Positions 11,229-23,531 of a stretch of 64,000 bases of DNA are shown here, piece after piece (position 1 is the stretch's first letter; each line of letters begins with the position of its first letter). The notes under the pieces were generated by a model. The model saw nothing but the letters and a program-made list of their open reading frames with translations, searched no databases and was not told the DNA's origin. Position numbers and translations under genes: made by a program. Origin of the DNA: Octopus vulgaris (lineage: Eukaryota); contig OX597829.1 of the NCBI GenBank assembly GCA_951406725.2, positions 8,060,001-8,124,000 of the forward strand, given 5' to 3'.

Positions 11229-13076
11229 CACTGGTCAACAAAAAAGACATTTTGAAATGGTGTCGAGGCACCAAACATCTTTTTTAGCTAATTTGAGGAC
11301 ACTGAATCTGAAAACGACCCTACTTTTCCTTGTTTAGCTACCATTTTTGCTGTACAGAAATGCCTCATTTTTGGGGGAAAAAAAAGCATTTTTATTCATT
11401 TGTTTTCTGTATATTTGATATTGATCGATGGCAATATTTCTCAAAGTAAAATCATAGAAACTTCTCAATTCGTATTTAAATCAACAAATATTGGTCTGCT
11501 TATTGAGAAATACTGTTTCTGCGATAACAATCAGACCCTAAGTCTTTAAAAATAACACAATTGAATATACCAAGGCCAACAAGTATTTTCTTCAAATCAT
11601 TAAAAAAACTAACAGCAGGAATAAAACCTTCGTAAACATAAGAACTATGGTAAAATGTTAGTCCCTCTTGATTGTCTTTCATGTTCAATGTTATTTAAGT
11701 CCCTTTTGATACTCCAGCAGTTGTCAGCCACCGTTCTTTTGTCCCACCGTCCCTGGTAGTGCTCTTCCATTGTTTTGATATCCTGGTGGAATCGTTCTCC
11801 TTGTTCATCACTCACTTCGCCGCAAATATCCGGAAATTTCAAGTCATTCACTGAATTAACAAATTCATCATCCTTAATGAGTTTCCTGATATCAGGAACA
11901 TCAAACACTCCTGCTTTGAGTTTTCCAATGCTAAGTCTTGGAAACAATTTACATATATACTAAAAACATTTATTTTTGTTGTCGAGTGATTTTACATACT
12001 TTTTCATTAATCCTAATTTGATATGCAAGGGAGGGAAGATGTTTTTTTTCTTTCAGAATTAGTGCTGTGCTAATAACATTCTTTTTACTGATGTTCAATT
12101 CTTGGGGTGGCCAATCTTTCCTTTTCCGGTGCTCCTCTTTTGTTCTACTGTCCCACATGCAGAAAAACATGGGAATTTCGTGTAGCCACTTTGTTAACCA
12201 AGCAGAAAATTTACCATCTTCAGATCGACACATAACACCCATTTACGTTTGGTGTAGTCAATCTGTTCCATAATCTGTTTGATGGCATCATGTTTTTCTT
12301 TCAGTGTTGTTGAATGACCTATAGGTATTGGTGCATACATGTTGGTATTATGGAGTAAAACACATTTCAAACTACGTTTTGAACTATCAATGAGCAATCT
12401 CCATTCATCAGGATTGTATTTGTGGACGCCTAGTCAAAGAAGAATGATCTCAACATCATTGCAATGAACAAGATCCATGTTCTCATTAAAGAATGTTACA
12501 AATTCAGCCTCCTTATATTGATAGAATGTTACCTTTGCGCCTTTTGCTAACAGGTGTTTTACGTTGAGTCTAGTTTTACGTTGAGCCAAAAGTTCTGCTG
12601 ATTCTTTGCTTAGATTTAAGTCTCGAATCAAGCCATTCAGCTCCTTTTGGTTAAACGGCTCTGGCACATTTTAGGGAACATATTCAAGATCGTTTTCACT
12701 GTGTCTCTCATTTACATCAGTATCAGACTTGCCACTTTAAACAAGTTTCAATAAAGTTTCGTGAAAAACTGGGATTGGCGAATCATCTGAATGCAGCATT
12801 GGTAGAATAGCAGAATGAAGACTGGGATAGTCGTTAGATCTGCATTTCTTTTGGTTCAGTCCTGCAACACTAACTCGGTAGAAGTAACATTCATCAGAGT
12901 GGTTCTTTGGTTCGTGCCAGATCATAGGAATAGCGAATCTCAACGATGTTTGGGTACCTGAAGTCCACTGTCTCATCTGTACCAAACATATCTTGAAAAT
13001 AATGTGAGGGGCCTATGATTTGTTCTGATCACCAACGTGTTTTGTTTCTTGACACCAAAAATTGTGTTGACCCGTG
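11229..13076 (-). mobile_element. Chapaev3-like (CMC superfamily) DNA transposon with decayed transposase
   Basis: TIRs CACTGGTCAACA / TGTTGACCCGTG and TTA duplicated on both sides; fragments FAIPMIWHEPKNHSDECYF, IDSSKRSLKCVLLHN, DLKMVNFLLG, SDEQGERFHQDI across several frames. Confidence 0.8.
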
Positions 13077-13945
13077 TTATTATGGCAAAATGAACTTGGG
13101 GAGAAAACACCCCAAACTATAATTTGGAGTGACAGAAGAGAATAACAAAGGGGTCGGAGATGGTAATTATAACTACAATTTTTATCTATCTCTTTATCAC
13201 CATCAAAAGATCTAATGCAGCTAGTATACTATGTCCACTAAGAATTAAAACCACTGCTGATAAATTAATTCATGTCAGATACTCACCTAAACCCCTAATT
13301 TACTAGTGCTATAAATTCCCTATCACCACATGAAGCAAATCTTAGAAGAAGTCAGTAAGATGGTGGTAAATACCCGGAAAGAGGAGGGTAGGAGTGACAT
13401 AAACTATTTTATTATTATCAATTAAAGGGGCTTAAAATAGAAAACAAAGGATGTCAGAAAGATATCTAAATGGGCATTAAGGATACAGGAGAAGAAAAAA
13501 AATTAACCAAATTTATATATCGTTATATTTTGTATAATAACAAGCAAAATTTTAAAATTTAGAAGGAGATATAAGGACCAAGTAAGATAAGAAGGATATA
13601 TACACCAATTTAAACCCTTAAAAAATAGATTACTTTTATATAAAATAGAAGCTTCATAATATTCCATTTTAGCAAACTTTAAGGTGGTCATGATAAAACC
13701 ATTCAAACAATAAACCCAAATTACATTCAGATTTCATGTGAGAAAGAGGGACACATTTTTAATTGACTGAAAACTAGGGATCGAAGGCAAGAAAAAAAAT
13801 TTAGATGATTAGTTCTATAACAGAAAAACTTATTTAAAAAATATAATTATATAAAAAAATTTCAATATTATGAATAAATATCCACGGATGTAAAAAGATA
13901 TAAAAATATGGTATATATATACATGCATACATATATATATATAAA

Positions 13946-14155
13946 GTTAATCCAAACATGAAAACACAAAGAGAAAACACAACAATGCGAGGATGTGGAA
14001 CAAGTATAGTGTTATTGGACGCTCAGGAAAGGAAAGAAAGAAGGAGGATTTAACGTTTCGAGCGGAACCCTTTGTCAGAAACATAGAAAAAGGTAAAGTC
14101 CAAGGAAGGTAAGACGGAGAAAGAAAATCACCGACGATACACACGCGGTCACATA
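13946..14155 (-). mobile_element. Penelope-type pLTR with mutated mini-hammerhead
   Basis: Same family as 22240, 26278 and 62450; core CTGACAA...GAAACGTT. Confidence 0.65.
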
Positions 14156-14189
14156 TTGAAATGTATGCATATATATATATATATATATA

Positions 14190-15063
14190 TATATTTTGTT
14201 TCAGCTCAGAGCTGCGGCCATGCTGATGCACTGCCGTTTTGTGCTAAACTGTTATTACTAAGAGCCTCTTCTAATATGTGGCACTTGGTGAAGAATGGAG
14301 TTTGATATAGCTACCCTCATTTGCACTTCTTGCCATGAGGTAGGTTCATCTGGGACCCTAGACGGGAAGAGGTCCAGCTTTGATTTAAAAACCGCTACAT
14401 CTACTTTGTGCAAGTTCCTCAGACTCTTTGGGAGAATATTAAAAAGCTGTGGACCCTTGAAACCCAGGCTGTTGTAGAAGCTGGTCCTGAAGCGTGATGG
14501 CATTGCTGGGATCTTTGGCACTATGCAGTGTCCTCCCGTTCTAGCATTGGTGTAGCTTACAATGCCAAAATTTGGCACAATTCCTTCCAGGATCTTCCAG
14601 ATATATATTACTGCATACCTCTCCCATCTTCTCTCTAGGGAGTAGAGTCTTAGCTGTTTCAACCTTTCCCAGTAGCTGAGCTGTTGCAAAGAGACAATCT
14701 TCTTTGTGAATCTTCGCTGGATTGCTTCAAGGTTCGCTGTTAATTTCACACTGGTTGGTGACCATAGCTCTAAGCAGTAATCCAGGCGGCTGAGGATGAA
14801 TGCCTGCCAGAGGACCATCATGGTTTCCTTATCTCTGGTTCTGAATATTCTTAAGATCCATTCAGCCAGTCGTCTGCACTTTGTCGTCATCCTGGTAATG
14901 TGCACTTGGAAAGAGGTATAATCACACATGTCGATACCCAGGTCCCTCACAGACTTAGACTCTGGGATTGAAATTCCCTGTGGACCAGTGAACCCTGTAA
15001 GTTTAATATTCAGATTTGGATGCTGGTAGCGCAGGGCCTGGAATTTTTCAGGATTAAACTGCA
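14190..15063 (-). pseudogene. CR1-group LINE, 5'-truncated ORF2 C-terminus
   Basis: MQFNPEKF, VRDLGI, ILSRLDYC..WSP, LEAIQRRFTKKI, LSYWERLKQLRLYSLERR motifs. Confidence 0.85.
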
Positions 15064-15112
15064 TATATATATACATATATATTTATATATATACATACAT
15101 ACATATATACAC

Positions 15113-16265
15113 ATCATCATCATCGTTTAGCGTCCGCTTTCCATGCTGGCATGGGTTGGACGGTGCAACTGGGGTCTGGGAAGCCAGAAGGCTGCACCAG
15201 GCCCAGTTTGATCTGGCAATGTTTCTACAGCTGGATGCCCTTCCTAACGCCAACCACTCCATGAGTGTAGTGGGTGCTTTTTACATGCCACCTGCACAGG
15301 TGCCAGACAAGTCTAGCAAATGGCCACGGTCGGATGGTACTTTTTACGTGCCACTGGCACGGAGGCCAGGTGAGGCTGGTAACGGCCACAATCGGATGGT
15401 GCTTTTTACGTGCCACCGGCATGGAAGCCAATCAGGGCGGCACTGGCAATGGCCACGTTCGGATGGTTCTCTTATGTGCCACCAGCACTGATATCACAGC
15501 GACAATTTCCATTCTTGTTGATCAATTTTGATTTTTGATTTTTTCATTTTTTGATTTTTTGATTTTCACTTGCTTCAACAGGTCTTCACAAGTAGGGTTT
15601 TGTGTCCCAAGAAGGAAAGGTATGCATAAGTGGACTGAGGCCATGGGTGATGGTCTCACTTGTCCTGCCGGGTCTTCTCACGTACAGCATACTTCCAAAA
15701 GTCTCGGTCTCAAGTCATTTCCTCGGTGAGACCTAAAGTTCGAAGGTTGTGCTTCACCACCTCGTCCCAGGTTTTCCTGGGTCTGCCTCTTCCACAGGAT
15801 CCCTCAACTGCTAGGGTGTGACACTTTTTCACACAACTTTCTTCATCCATTCTCGTCACATGGCCATACCAGTGCAAACGTCTCTCTTGCACACCGCAAC
15901 TGATGCTTCTTAGGTCCAACTTCTCTCTCAAGGTACTTACACTCTGTCGAGTATGAACACTGACATTACACATCCATCGGAGCATACTGGCTTCATTTCT
16001 TGCGAGCTTACGCATATCCTCAGCAGTCACGGCCCATGTTTCACTGCCATGTAGCATGGCTGTTCGTACACAAGCTTCATAAAGTCTACCTTTTACTCTG
16101 AGCGAGAGGCCGTTTGTCCCTAGCAGAGGTAAGAGCTCTCTGAACTTTGCCCAGGCTATTCTTACTCTAGCAGTTACACTTTCAACACACCCGCCCCCGT
16201 TACTGACTTGGTCACCTAGGTAACGGAAGCTATCAACTATTTCTAGTTTTTCTCCCTGGAAAGTG
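15113..16265 (-). mobile_element. 5'-truncated RTE LINE (subfamily 2)
   Basis: EKLEIVDSFRYLG...GRGRPRKTW; near-identical to 27597-28560. Confidence 0.9.
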
Positions 16266-16283
16266 ACACACACACACACACAT

Positions 16284-16344
<61 letters not shown>

Positions 16345-16349
<5 letters not shown>

Positions 16350-16468
16350 ACACTGCCAGATCTGACTGGCCTGGTGCAGCCTTCGGGCTCCCCAGACCCC
16401 AGTTGAACCGTCCAACCCATGCTAGCATGGAAAGCGGACGTTAAATGATGATGATGATGATGATGATA
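16345..16468 (+). mobile_element. RTE 3' tail
   Basis: Terminal ~100 bp plus (GAT)n. Confidence 0.75.
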
Positions 16469-16525
16469 TTAGTAATGCAATACTAGTAAATATCAGTACT
16501 TCGTTGTGCCATATATTTACTTCTT

Positions 16526-16617
<92 letters not shown>

Positions 16618-16618
<1 letters not shown>

Positions 16619-16876
16619 ATTCTGTTGTGTCTGGGTAGAGTCATTTTCAGAATATGCTTCAACACACGAACTCATATAAAGAATTTTGTAAACCAAATAC
16701 GAAAACGAAATATATATATATATTTATATATATATATATATATTTTTATTTATATTTTTGTATATGTATATATATATATATATATTCTGTTGTGTCTGGG
16801 GAGAGTCATTTTCAGAATATACTTCAACACACAAACTCATATAAAGAATTTTGTAAGCCAAATACGAAAACGAAAT
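16618..16876. repeat. Direct duplication of a ~90-bp unit separated by a TA repeat
   Basis: TTCTGTTGTGTCTGGG...ACGAAAACGAAA at 16620 and 16785. Confidence 0.8.
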
Positions 16877-17245
16877 ATATATATATATATATATCATCAT
16901 CATCATCATCATCATCGTTTAACGTCCGCTTTCCGCGCTAGCACGGGTTGGACGGTTTGACCGGGTCTGGGAAGCCAGGGGCCGCTCCAGGCTCCAGTCT
17001 GAATCTGGCAGAGTTTCTACGGCTGGATGCCCTTCCTAACGCCAACCACTCCGTGAGTGGATTGGGTGCTTTTTACGTGCCACCTGCACAGGGGCCGGAG
17101 GGTCCGGCATCGTCACGATCGGATTCGAGCATTTTAACGTGTCAGCGGCACGGGGGCAACGAGGTCCGGGGTACTTTGGGGATCGGGGTATTTTGGGGAT
17201 CCAGGGTACTTTGGGGATCCGGGGTACTTTGGGGATCCGGGGTAC

Positions 17246-20200
17246 TTAGAATGGGTAGGGGGTACTTAGAATGGGTAGGGGGTATGTGGAATTGCTGCAG
17301 AAAGCAGCCCGGGTCTTTGTGGTCACAGCATATCTCCAGAGATCTCGGTCCTTCGCCATTGCCTCAGTGAGGCCCAATGCTCTGAGGTCATGCTTGACCA
17401 CCTCATCCCATGTCTTCCTGGGTCTACCTCTCCCCCTGATACCTTCAACTGTTTGGGAGTGGCACTTCTTCACACATCTCTCTTCATCCATCCGCAGCAC
17501 ATGACCATACCATCGCAAGCGTCGCTCTTGCACACCACATCTGATGCTTCTTATATCCAGCATTTCTCTCAGGATACTTACACTCTGTTTTGCGTGCACA
17601 CTGACACTACACATCCAGCGGATCATGCTAGCTTCATTTCTTTCAAGTCTACGCATGTCTTCTGCAGTCACAGCCCATGTTTCATTACCGTGAAGCATGG
17701 CAGTTCGCACACATGCATCATATAATCTACCTTTTGCTCTGAGGGAGAGGCCTTTTGTTGCCAGTAGGGGTAGGAGCTTTCTGAACTTTGCCCAGGCTAT
17801 TCGTATTCTAGTGGTGATACTCTCTGTGCATCCACCTCCGCTACTAACTTGGTCTCCCAGGTAGCGGAAACTATCAACTACTTCTAGTTTCTCTCCCTGG
17901 AGTGTGATGGAATCTGTTTTCTGAGTGTCTGTTGTGTCTATTGTCCCTGTGCATCTGCCGCACATGTAAGCTATCTTATCTGTTAATTTCCCTTTAATGT
18001 TGCTGCACCTCTTATGTGTCCATAACTTACATTGGGTGCATCTTATGGAGTTTCTACCTGTACCTTTCCTACAGGTTGAGCAGGGCCACCTACCCGAGGG
18101 GATGTGTGTTGAGTACCTCTTGCTGCTTACTAATACTTTGGTCTTTGCTACATTTATTCTAAGGCCCTTTGATTCCAACCCTTGCTTCCATACCCGAAAT
18201 TTCTCTTCTAGTTCCGGTAGTGATTCTGCTATGAGAGCTAGGTCATCGGCATAGAGGAGCTCCCAGGGGCATCCCGTTTTGAATTCCTCTGTTATTGCTT
18301 GAAGGACTATGATGAACAAAAGGGGACTGAGGGCTGAGCCCTGGTGCACACCTACTTCTACTCGGAATTCTTCACTATATTCGTTGCCAATCCTAACCTT
18401 GCTAACAGCCTCTCTGTATAGAGCCTGTACAGCCCTTATTAGCCATTCTTCAATCTCCAGTTTCCGCATCGACCACCAGATAAGGGAACGGGGAACCCTG
18501 TCAAAGGCTTTCTCCAAGTCTACAAAAGCTATGTAGAGGGGTTTATCTTTAGCTAGGTACTTCTCCTGCAGTTGTCGGACCAGGAATATAGCATCAGTGG
18601 TGCTTCTACCTGGTACAAAACCGAACTGCATTTCATCTAAACAAATTCTCTCCCTAATGAGATTGGTTATGACCTTCTCTGAGACCTTCATCACCTGGTC
18701 CAACAGTTTGATACCTCTGTAGTTATTTCTATCTAGAGCATCACCCTTACCCTTGTAGCAGTTGACTATGGTACTGCTGCACCAGTCATTGGGTATGGCT
18801 CCATTGTGAACTACCTGGTTTACAATGCGGGTGACTATGGCATGGCCCACATAGCCAGCTGTTTTAAGCATCTCAGCAGTGATTCCTGATAGGCCAGGGG
18901 CTTTGCCTGGTTTCATATCCTTAATTGCCTTATCTACAAGGGAGCTGTCTATTCGGGTAGCTGGTCCCTCTACTGGGTCAACATTTGGCAGGCTCTCCTC
19001 CTCCCATTCATTCTCCTCATTTAGCAGTCTTTCATAATGGCTTCTCCAAGCCTCTTTCTTTTCACTAGTAGTAAAAGCAAGTGCCCCATCATCCATGCGG
19101 ACACATTTCTCTCCTATAACATCGCTATTTTCTCTGACACACTGTCTGGCAATCCGAAATACTTCAGCTCTTTGATCCTCGCGACGCTGGACATTGGCAA
19201 ACTTCTTCTTTTCTGCTACATCTTTGGCAATGTATACCTGCCGCCCAGCCTCCCTTTTGGCTATCTGGTACAGTTCCCTGCTGCCCCCATCCTTCCAGGC
19301 TTTCCAGGCCCGTCTCTTTTCACAGATGGCTTTATCTACTGCACTATTCCACCACCACGTAATTCTAGGTCTGGAAGGGACTTTGCACCATCCACAAACT
19401 TGGTCTGTGGCACTCAACAAGCTGTCCCGTAGGAATTCCCAGCTACCTTCTATGTCTGACGTCTGAAGCTCCTCTTCCCTCTCATCAAATTTCTTGATGA
19501 GTATGTCCCTAAATTTCTGACCATGCGAAGGGTTCTTTAGCCTCCAAATCCTTCTTTTCTGGATTGGTTTGTTTCTTGGAGTCCTTCTGGCCTCAAGCTT
19601 AAAGTCACTGATGATTAGTCTATGCTGAGGGATACATTCTTCACCCGGGAGGGTCTTTGTATTCAAGAGCAACCCTGCATCCCGTTGTCTGGTGAGGATG
19701 AAGTCTATTTGGCTAGCGGAGTCTCCTGACTGATAAGTTATAAGGTGGCAGACTGGCTTCTTGAAGTTAGTGTTGCAGATTGAAAGGTTACATGCATCAC
19801 AGAATTCCAGTAGTCTAGTTCCCTCATCATTTCTGGTGCCAATACCATATCCACCATGTACCCCAGTGAAGATACCCGATTCCCGCCCAACATGCCCGTT
19901 AAAATCTCCACCTACAAAGATGAGGTCCTTGTTACTAGTCTTTGAAGTAGCCTGCAGAAGGGTATCATAAAAGTTGTCCTTCTGATCATTTGGTAGTCCC
20001 GCTTGTGGGGCATAGGCTGAGATAATCATAGCTGTGCCACTCTGTAGGACCAACCTGAGCTTAAGCACTCTATCACAAACCCTGACAACCTCTATGACCT
20101 TATCCACCCATTCCTCCGCAAGGAGAATGCCTACACCCCCTACACCTTCCGCGTTACCTTGCCAGTAGAGTTTGTATCTAAGTGCCTTGCCCGTGAGGAC

Positions 20201-20482
20201 CCTAGCCGAAGCATCTCTCCATCTTACCTCTTGTATGCAGCATACATCAACCTGTCTTCTCTCTAGCATCTCTACAATCTCACTAGACTTGCCTGTCAAT
20301 GTACCAACATTGATAGTGCCAACTCTGAAAACTGGGAAGGAGATGTGGGGGGGACAGGGGGGATTCGGCGCCTGAGAAGAGGAGGGTTGTAGTGGTGGTG
20401 ATAGTTTTCGTGGTATTTTTCTTTTGATCTCTCTTCCAACCTGACCACGCCGTGGGCAGGAGCTGGTGTTAGCAGTGGACAT
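17246..20482 (-). CDS. RTE polyprotein: apurinic-type endonuclease + reverse transcriptase with internal PHD-like finger (1078 aa)
   Basis: APE motifs GTINVGTL, CIQEVRW, SAYAPQ, GDFNGHVG, IDFIL, QHRL; RT motifs KAPG, YRGIKLL, QFGF, FVDLEKAFD, GVHQGS, LLYADD, FRYLG; no stops. Confidence 0.95.
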   Translation of the reverse strand: MSTANTSSCPRRGQVGREIKRKIPRKLSPPLQPSSSQAPNPPCPPHISFPVFRVGTINVGTLTGKSSEIVEMLERRQVDVCCIQEVRWRDASARVLTGKALRYKLYWQGNAEGVGGVGILLAEEWVDKVIEVVRVCDRVLKLRLVLQSGTAMIISAYAPQAGLPNDQKDNFYDTLLQATSKTSNKDLIFVGGDFNGHVGRESGIFTGVHGGYGIGTRNDEGTRLLEFCDACNLSICNTNFKKPVCHLITYQSGDSASQIDFILTRQRDAGLLLNTKTLPGEECIPQHRLIISDFKLEARRTPRNKPIQKRRIWRLKNPSHGQKFRDILIKKFDEREEELQTSDIEGSWEFLRDSLLSATDQVCGWCKVPSRPRITWWWNSAVDKAICEKRRAWKAWKDGGSRELYQIAKREAGRQVYIAKDVAEKKKFANVQRREDQRAEVFRIARQCVRENSDVIGEKCVRMDDGALAFTTSEKKEAWRSHYERLLNEENEWEEESLPNVDPVEGPATRIDSSLVDKAIKDMKPGKAPGLSGITAEMLKTAGYVGHAIVTRIVNQVVHNGAIPNDWCSSTIVNCYKGKGDALDRNNYRGIKLLDQVMKVSEKVITNLIRERICLDEMQFGFVPGRSTTDAIFLVRQLQEKYLAKDKPLYIAFVDLEKAFDRVPRSLIWWSMRKLEIEEWLIRAVQALYREAVSKVRIGNEYSEEFRVEVGVHQGSALSPLLFIIVLQAITEEFKTGCPWELLYADDLALIAESLPELEEKFRVWKQGLESKGLRINVAKTKVLVSSKRYSTHIPSGRWPCSTCRKGTGRNSIRCTQCKLWTHKRCSNIKGKLTDKIAYMCGRCTGTIDTTDTQKTDSITLQGEKLEVVDSFRYLGDQVSSGGGCTESITTRIRIAWAKFRKLLPLLATKGLSLRAKGRLYDACVRTAMLHGNETWAVTAEDMRRLERNEASMIRWMCSVSVHAKQSVSILREMLDIRSIRCGVQERRLRWYGHVLRMDEERCVKKCHSQTVEGIRGRGRPRKTWDEVVKHDLRALGLTEAMAKDRDLWRYAVTTKTRAAFCSNSTYPLPILSTPYPF

Positions 20483-21066
20483 TTGTTATCGTCACTGAGT
20501 AACGTAATTAGGTAGAGGAAAGAAATACAGATATTCTAGAGTTGAGTTGGGGAGGTCCAGTTGAGGCGGGTAATATAGGGGAGCAACCAGTGGGAAAGGT
20601 TGGGGTAAGGAGGAACGATGGCAGGAAGGGTTGGTGTAGGTTCCTAAGAAATAAAAACGTAGGATATTACGAGGCGGGAGGGTACTAAAGGGGATGGTCG
20701 GATTGACGAGGCGGGAGGGTACTAAAAGGGGATGGTCGGATTGAGGCAGTGTCAGGAGGAAGCGTAAGATCGGTGGGCAGTTGATGAGCTATGGCGCTAG
20801 CAGCTTGTCTTAAGCATATGAGGAGAAGGGTACTAAAAGGGGATGGTCGGATTGACGAGGCGGGAGGGTACTAAAAGGGGATGGTCGGATTGAGGCAGTG
20901 TCAGGAGGAAGCGTAAGATCGGTGGGCAGTTGATGAGCTATGGCGCTAGCAGCTTGTCTTAAGCATATGAGGAGAAGTGGTAGTGGGGGGAGGAGGAGGG
21001 AGTAGGGCGTACCCAGTGTAGATGAGTAAGGCGTATCCGGTGTAGATGGAGAGAACGGGGTATACT

Positions 21067-21228
21067 GGTATTGGTGGTGGTGGAGGGGGTGAGAACAGTG
21101 TTCAACGGTATTGGTGGTGGGGGTGAGAACAGTGTTCAACGGTATTGGTGGTGGGGGTGAGAACAGTGTTCAACGGTATTGGTGGTGGGGGTGAGAACAG
21201 TGTTCAACGGTATTGGTGGTGGGGGTGG
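21067..21228. repeat. 34-bp minisatellite (~4.5 copies) in the RTE 5' UTR
   Basis: GGTATTGGTGGTGGGGGTGAGAACAGTGTTCAAC repeated. Confidence 0.9.
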
Positions 21229-21239
21229 GGGGCGGGCGC

Positions 21240-22159
21240 ACCGTCAATGGCTGAAAGATGGGAAAAAGATGGGATTACGGCTTGAGGCAGCCTACGGTTA
21301 AATATTGTAGAGAGAGAGATAGGAAGATAAATCAAGTTATGGCGAAGGCTTGAAAGTAGCCTAAAAAAGGTTAAATTTTCGTAACAGTGTATGAATAAAC
21401 GTAGTAACAACGAATAAAAAAAAAATATAGTAAGATAAATTTTTAAGAACTTGCTGCGGTCATCGAGCGGGAGTTGAAATTGAAGAAGAAAGTAAGTTGA
21501 ACTGGGAATTTAAATTGCAGAATCGTAATAGTAATAGTAATGGCGGTTTTCAAGTTTTAGCATATGAAGAAGAAGAGGAGGAAAAAGAAGACCGTCAATG
21601 GCTGAAAGATGGGAAAAAGATGGGATTACGGCTTGAGGCAGCCTACGGTTAAATATTGTAGAGAGAGAGATAGGAAGATAAATCAAGTTATGGCGAAGGC
21701 TTGAAAGTAGCCTAAAAAAGGTTAAATTTTCGTAACAGTGTATGAATAAACGTAGTAACAACGAATAAAAAAAAAAAAAAAAAATATAGTAAGATAAATT
21801 TTTAAGAACTTGCTGCGGTCATCGAGCGGGAGTTGAAATTGAAGAAGAAAGTAAGTTGAACTGGGAATTTAAATTGCAGAATCGTAATAGTAATAGTAAT
21901 GGCGGTTTTCAAGTTTTAGCATATGAAGAAGAAGAGGAGGAAAAAGAAGACCGTCAATGGCTGAAAGATGGGAAAAAGATGGGATTACGGCTTGAGGCAG
22001 CCTACGGTTAAATATTGTAGAGAGAGAGATAGGAAGATAAATCAAGTTATGGCGAAGGCTTGAAAGTAGCCTAAAAAAGGTTAAATTTTCGTAACAGTGT
22101 ATGAATAAACGTAGTAACAACGAATAAAAAAAAAATATAGTAAGATAAATTTTTAAGAA

Positions 22160-22162
<3 letters not shown>
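21240..22162 (-). repeat. ~355-bp tandem monomers (2.6 copies) at the RTE 5' end
   Basis: Unit starts ACCGTCAATGG at 21240, 21591 and 21950; copies appear to differ only in A-run length. Confidence 0.95.
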
Positions 22163-22238
<76 letters not shown>

Positions 22239-22239
22239 A

Positions 22240-22620
22240 GTTAATCCAAACATGAAAACACAAAGAGAAAACACAACAACGCGAGGACGTGGAACAAGTA
22301 TAGTGTTATTGGACGCTCAGGAAAGGAAAGATGGAAGGAGGATATAACATTTTGAGCGGAGCTCTTCTTCAGAAATATAGGGAAAGGAAAGATACAAAGA
22401 AGGGAAGATGGAGGAAAAAACATCGCCAACGATACAGAGAGTGCAAGAGAAGAAGGTATGTGTGTGTAACTGGATATGTGCATGTGTGCAGGTCTGTGTA
22501 TGTGTATGTATGTGTGTGTGTGTAATGATAGCACGTGTGTGTGTGGTTGTGGCTGTTTATCTATGTGTGTGGTTGGGCTAAGTATTGTTTAAGGTTAAGG
22601 AAGAATGATAGGAGTGGCTT
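22240..22620 (-). mobile_element. Penelope-type 3' region/pLTR with mutated mini-hammerhead
   Basis: Matches 62180-62650 in reverse. Confidence 0.65.
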
Positions 22621-22673
22621 CCAAAATATATATATATGTGTGTGTGTGTATGTATATATAAAGAATATATGTG

Positions 22674-22985
22674 GAAGCGCAATGGCCCAGTGGTTAGGGC
22701 AGCAGACTCACGGTTGGAGGATCATGGTTTTGATTCCCAGACTGGGCATTGTGTGTGTGTTTATTGAGTGAAAACACCTAAAAAGCTCCACGAGGCTCCG
22801 GCAGGGGGTGTTAGTGACCCCTGTTGTACTCTTTCGCCCCAACTTTCTCTCACTCTTTCTTCCTGTTTCTTGGGTAACACTGTGATGGACTGGCGTCCCG
22901 TCCAGCTGGGGGGAACACATATGCTACAGAAACCGGGAAAACGGGCCCATGAGCCTGGTTAGGCTTGAAAAGGGTGCATAAATAA
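22674..22985 (+). mobile_element. tRNA-derived SINE
   Basis: TGGCCCAGTGGTTAGGGC A-box, TTTGATTCCC B-box-like, A-rich end. Confidence 0.65.
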
Positions 22986-23234
22986 AAACAAAGAATATGT
23001 TATAATTATAAAACGTAATTATAAATAACTAAAAAATATAAATGCAAGAAATATATTGTATTATATCTTACCATGATTAACAACAGAGAGAAGTTACAAC
23101 CCCCTCCACAAATCATAGAATGTTACACCTATATATACGAGGGTAAACAGGTATAGAAAATACAAAATTTAATAATATAATATAAACTAAAAGAGTAAAT
23201 AGAATACATCAAAAAATAAAATGAAGAAATATTT

Positions 23235-23518
23235 ATAAAACGCACCATCCGAATGTGGCCAATACCAGTGCTTTATAAAAAGCATCATCCGATCGTGGTC
23301 AATGCCAGCCCCTCTGGCCTCTGTGCTGGTGGTATGTAAAAAAGCTCTCATGACACTCTCAGAGTGGTTGGCATTAGGAAGGGCATCCAGCTGTAGAAAC
23401 ACTGCCAGACCAGACCGGAGCCTGGTGCAGCCTCCTGGTTTCCTAGACCCCAGTAGAACCATCCAACACATGCTAGCATGGAAAACAGATGTTAAACGAT
23501 GATGATGATGATGATGAT
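23235..23518 (+). mobile_element. RTE 3' UTR fragment
   Basis: RTE tail plus (GAT)n. Confidence 0.8.
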
Positions 23519-23531
23519 ATATATATATATA

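Larger units (their letters stand above)
16895..22162 (-). mobile_element. Full-length RTE-clade LINE inserted in a (TA)n tract
   Basis: ~1.7-kb 5' region with tandem monomers, intact ORF, 3' UTR ending in (GAT)n; TA repeats on both sides. Confidence 0.9.

Noticed and set aside
21510-22120. Repeated 83-aa ORFs as RTE ORF1
   Set aside because: Non-ATG starts, no domain resemblance; by-product of the tandem monomers
21950-22162. HDV-like ribozyme at the RTE 5' end
   Set aside because: Known for some RTEs, but no nested double pseudoknot was identifiable by eye
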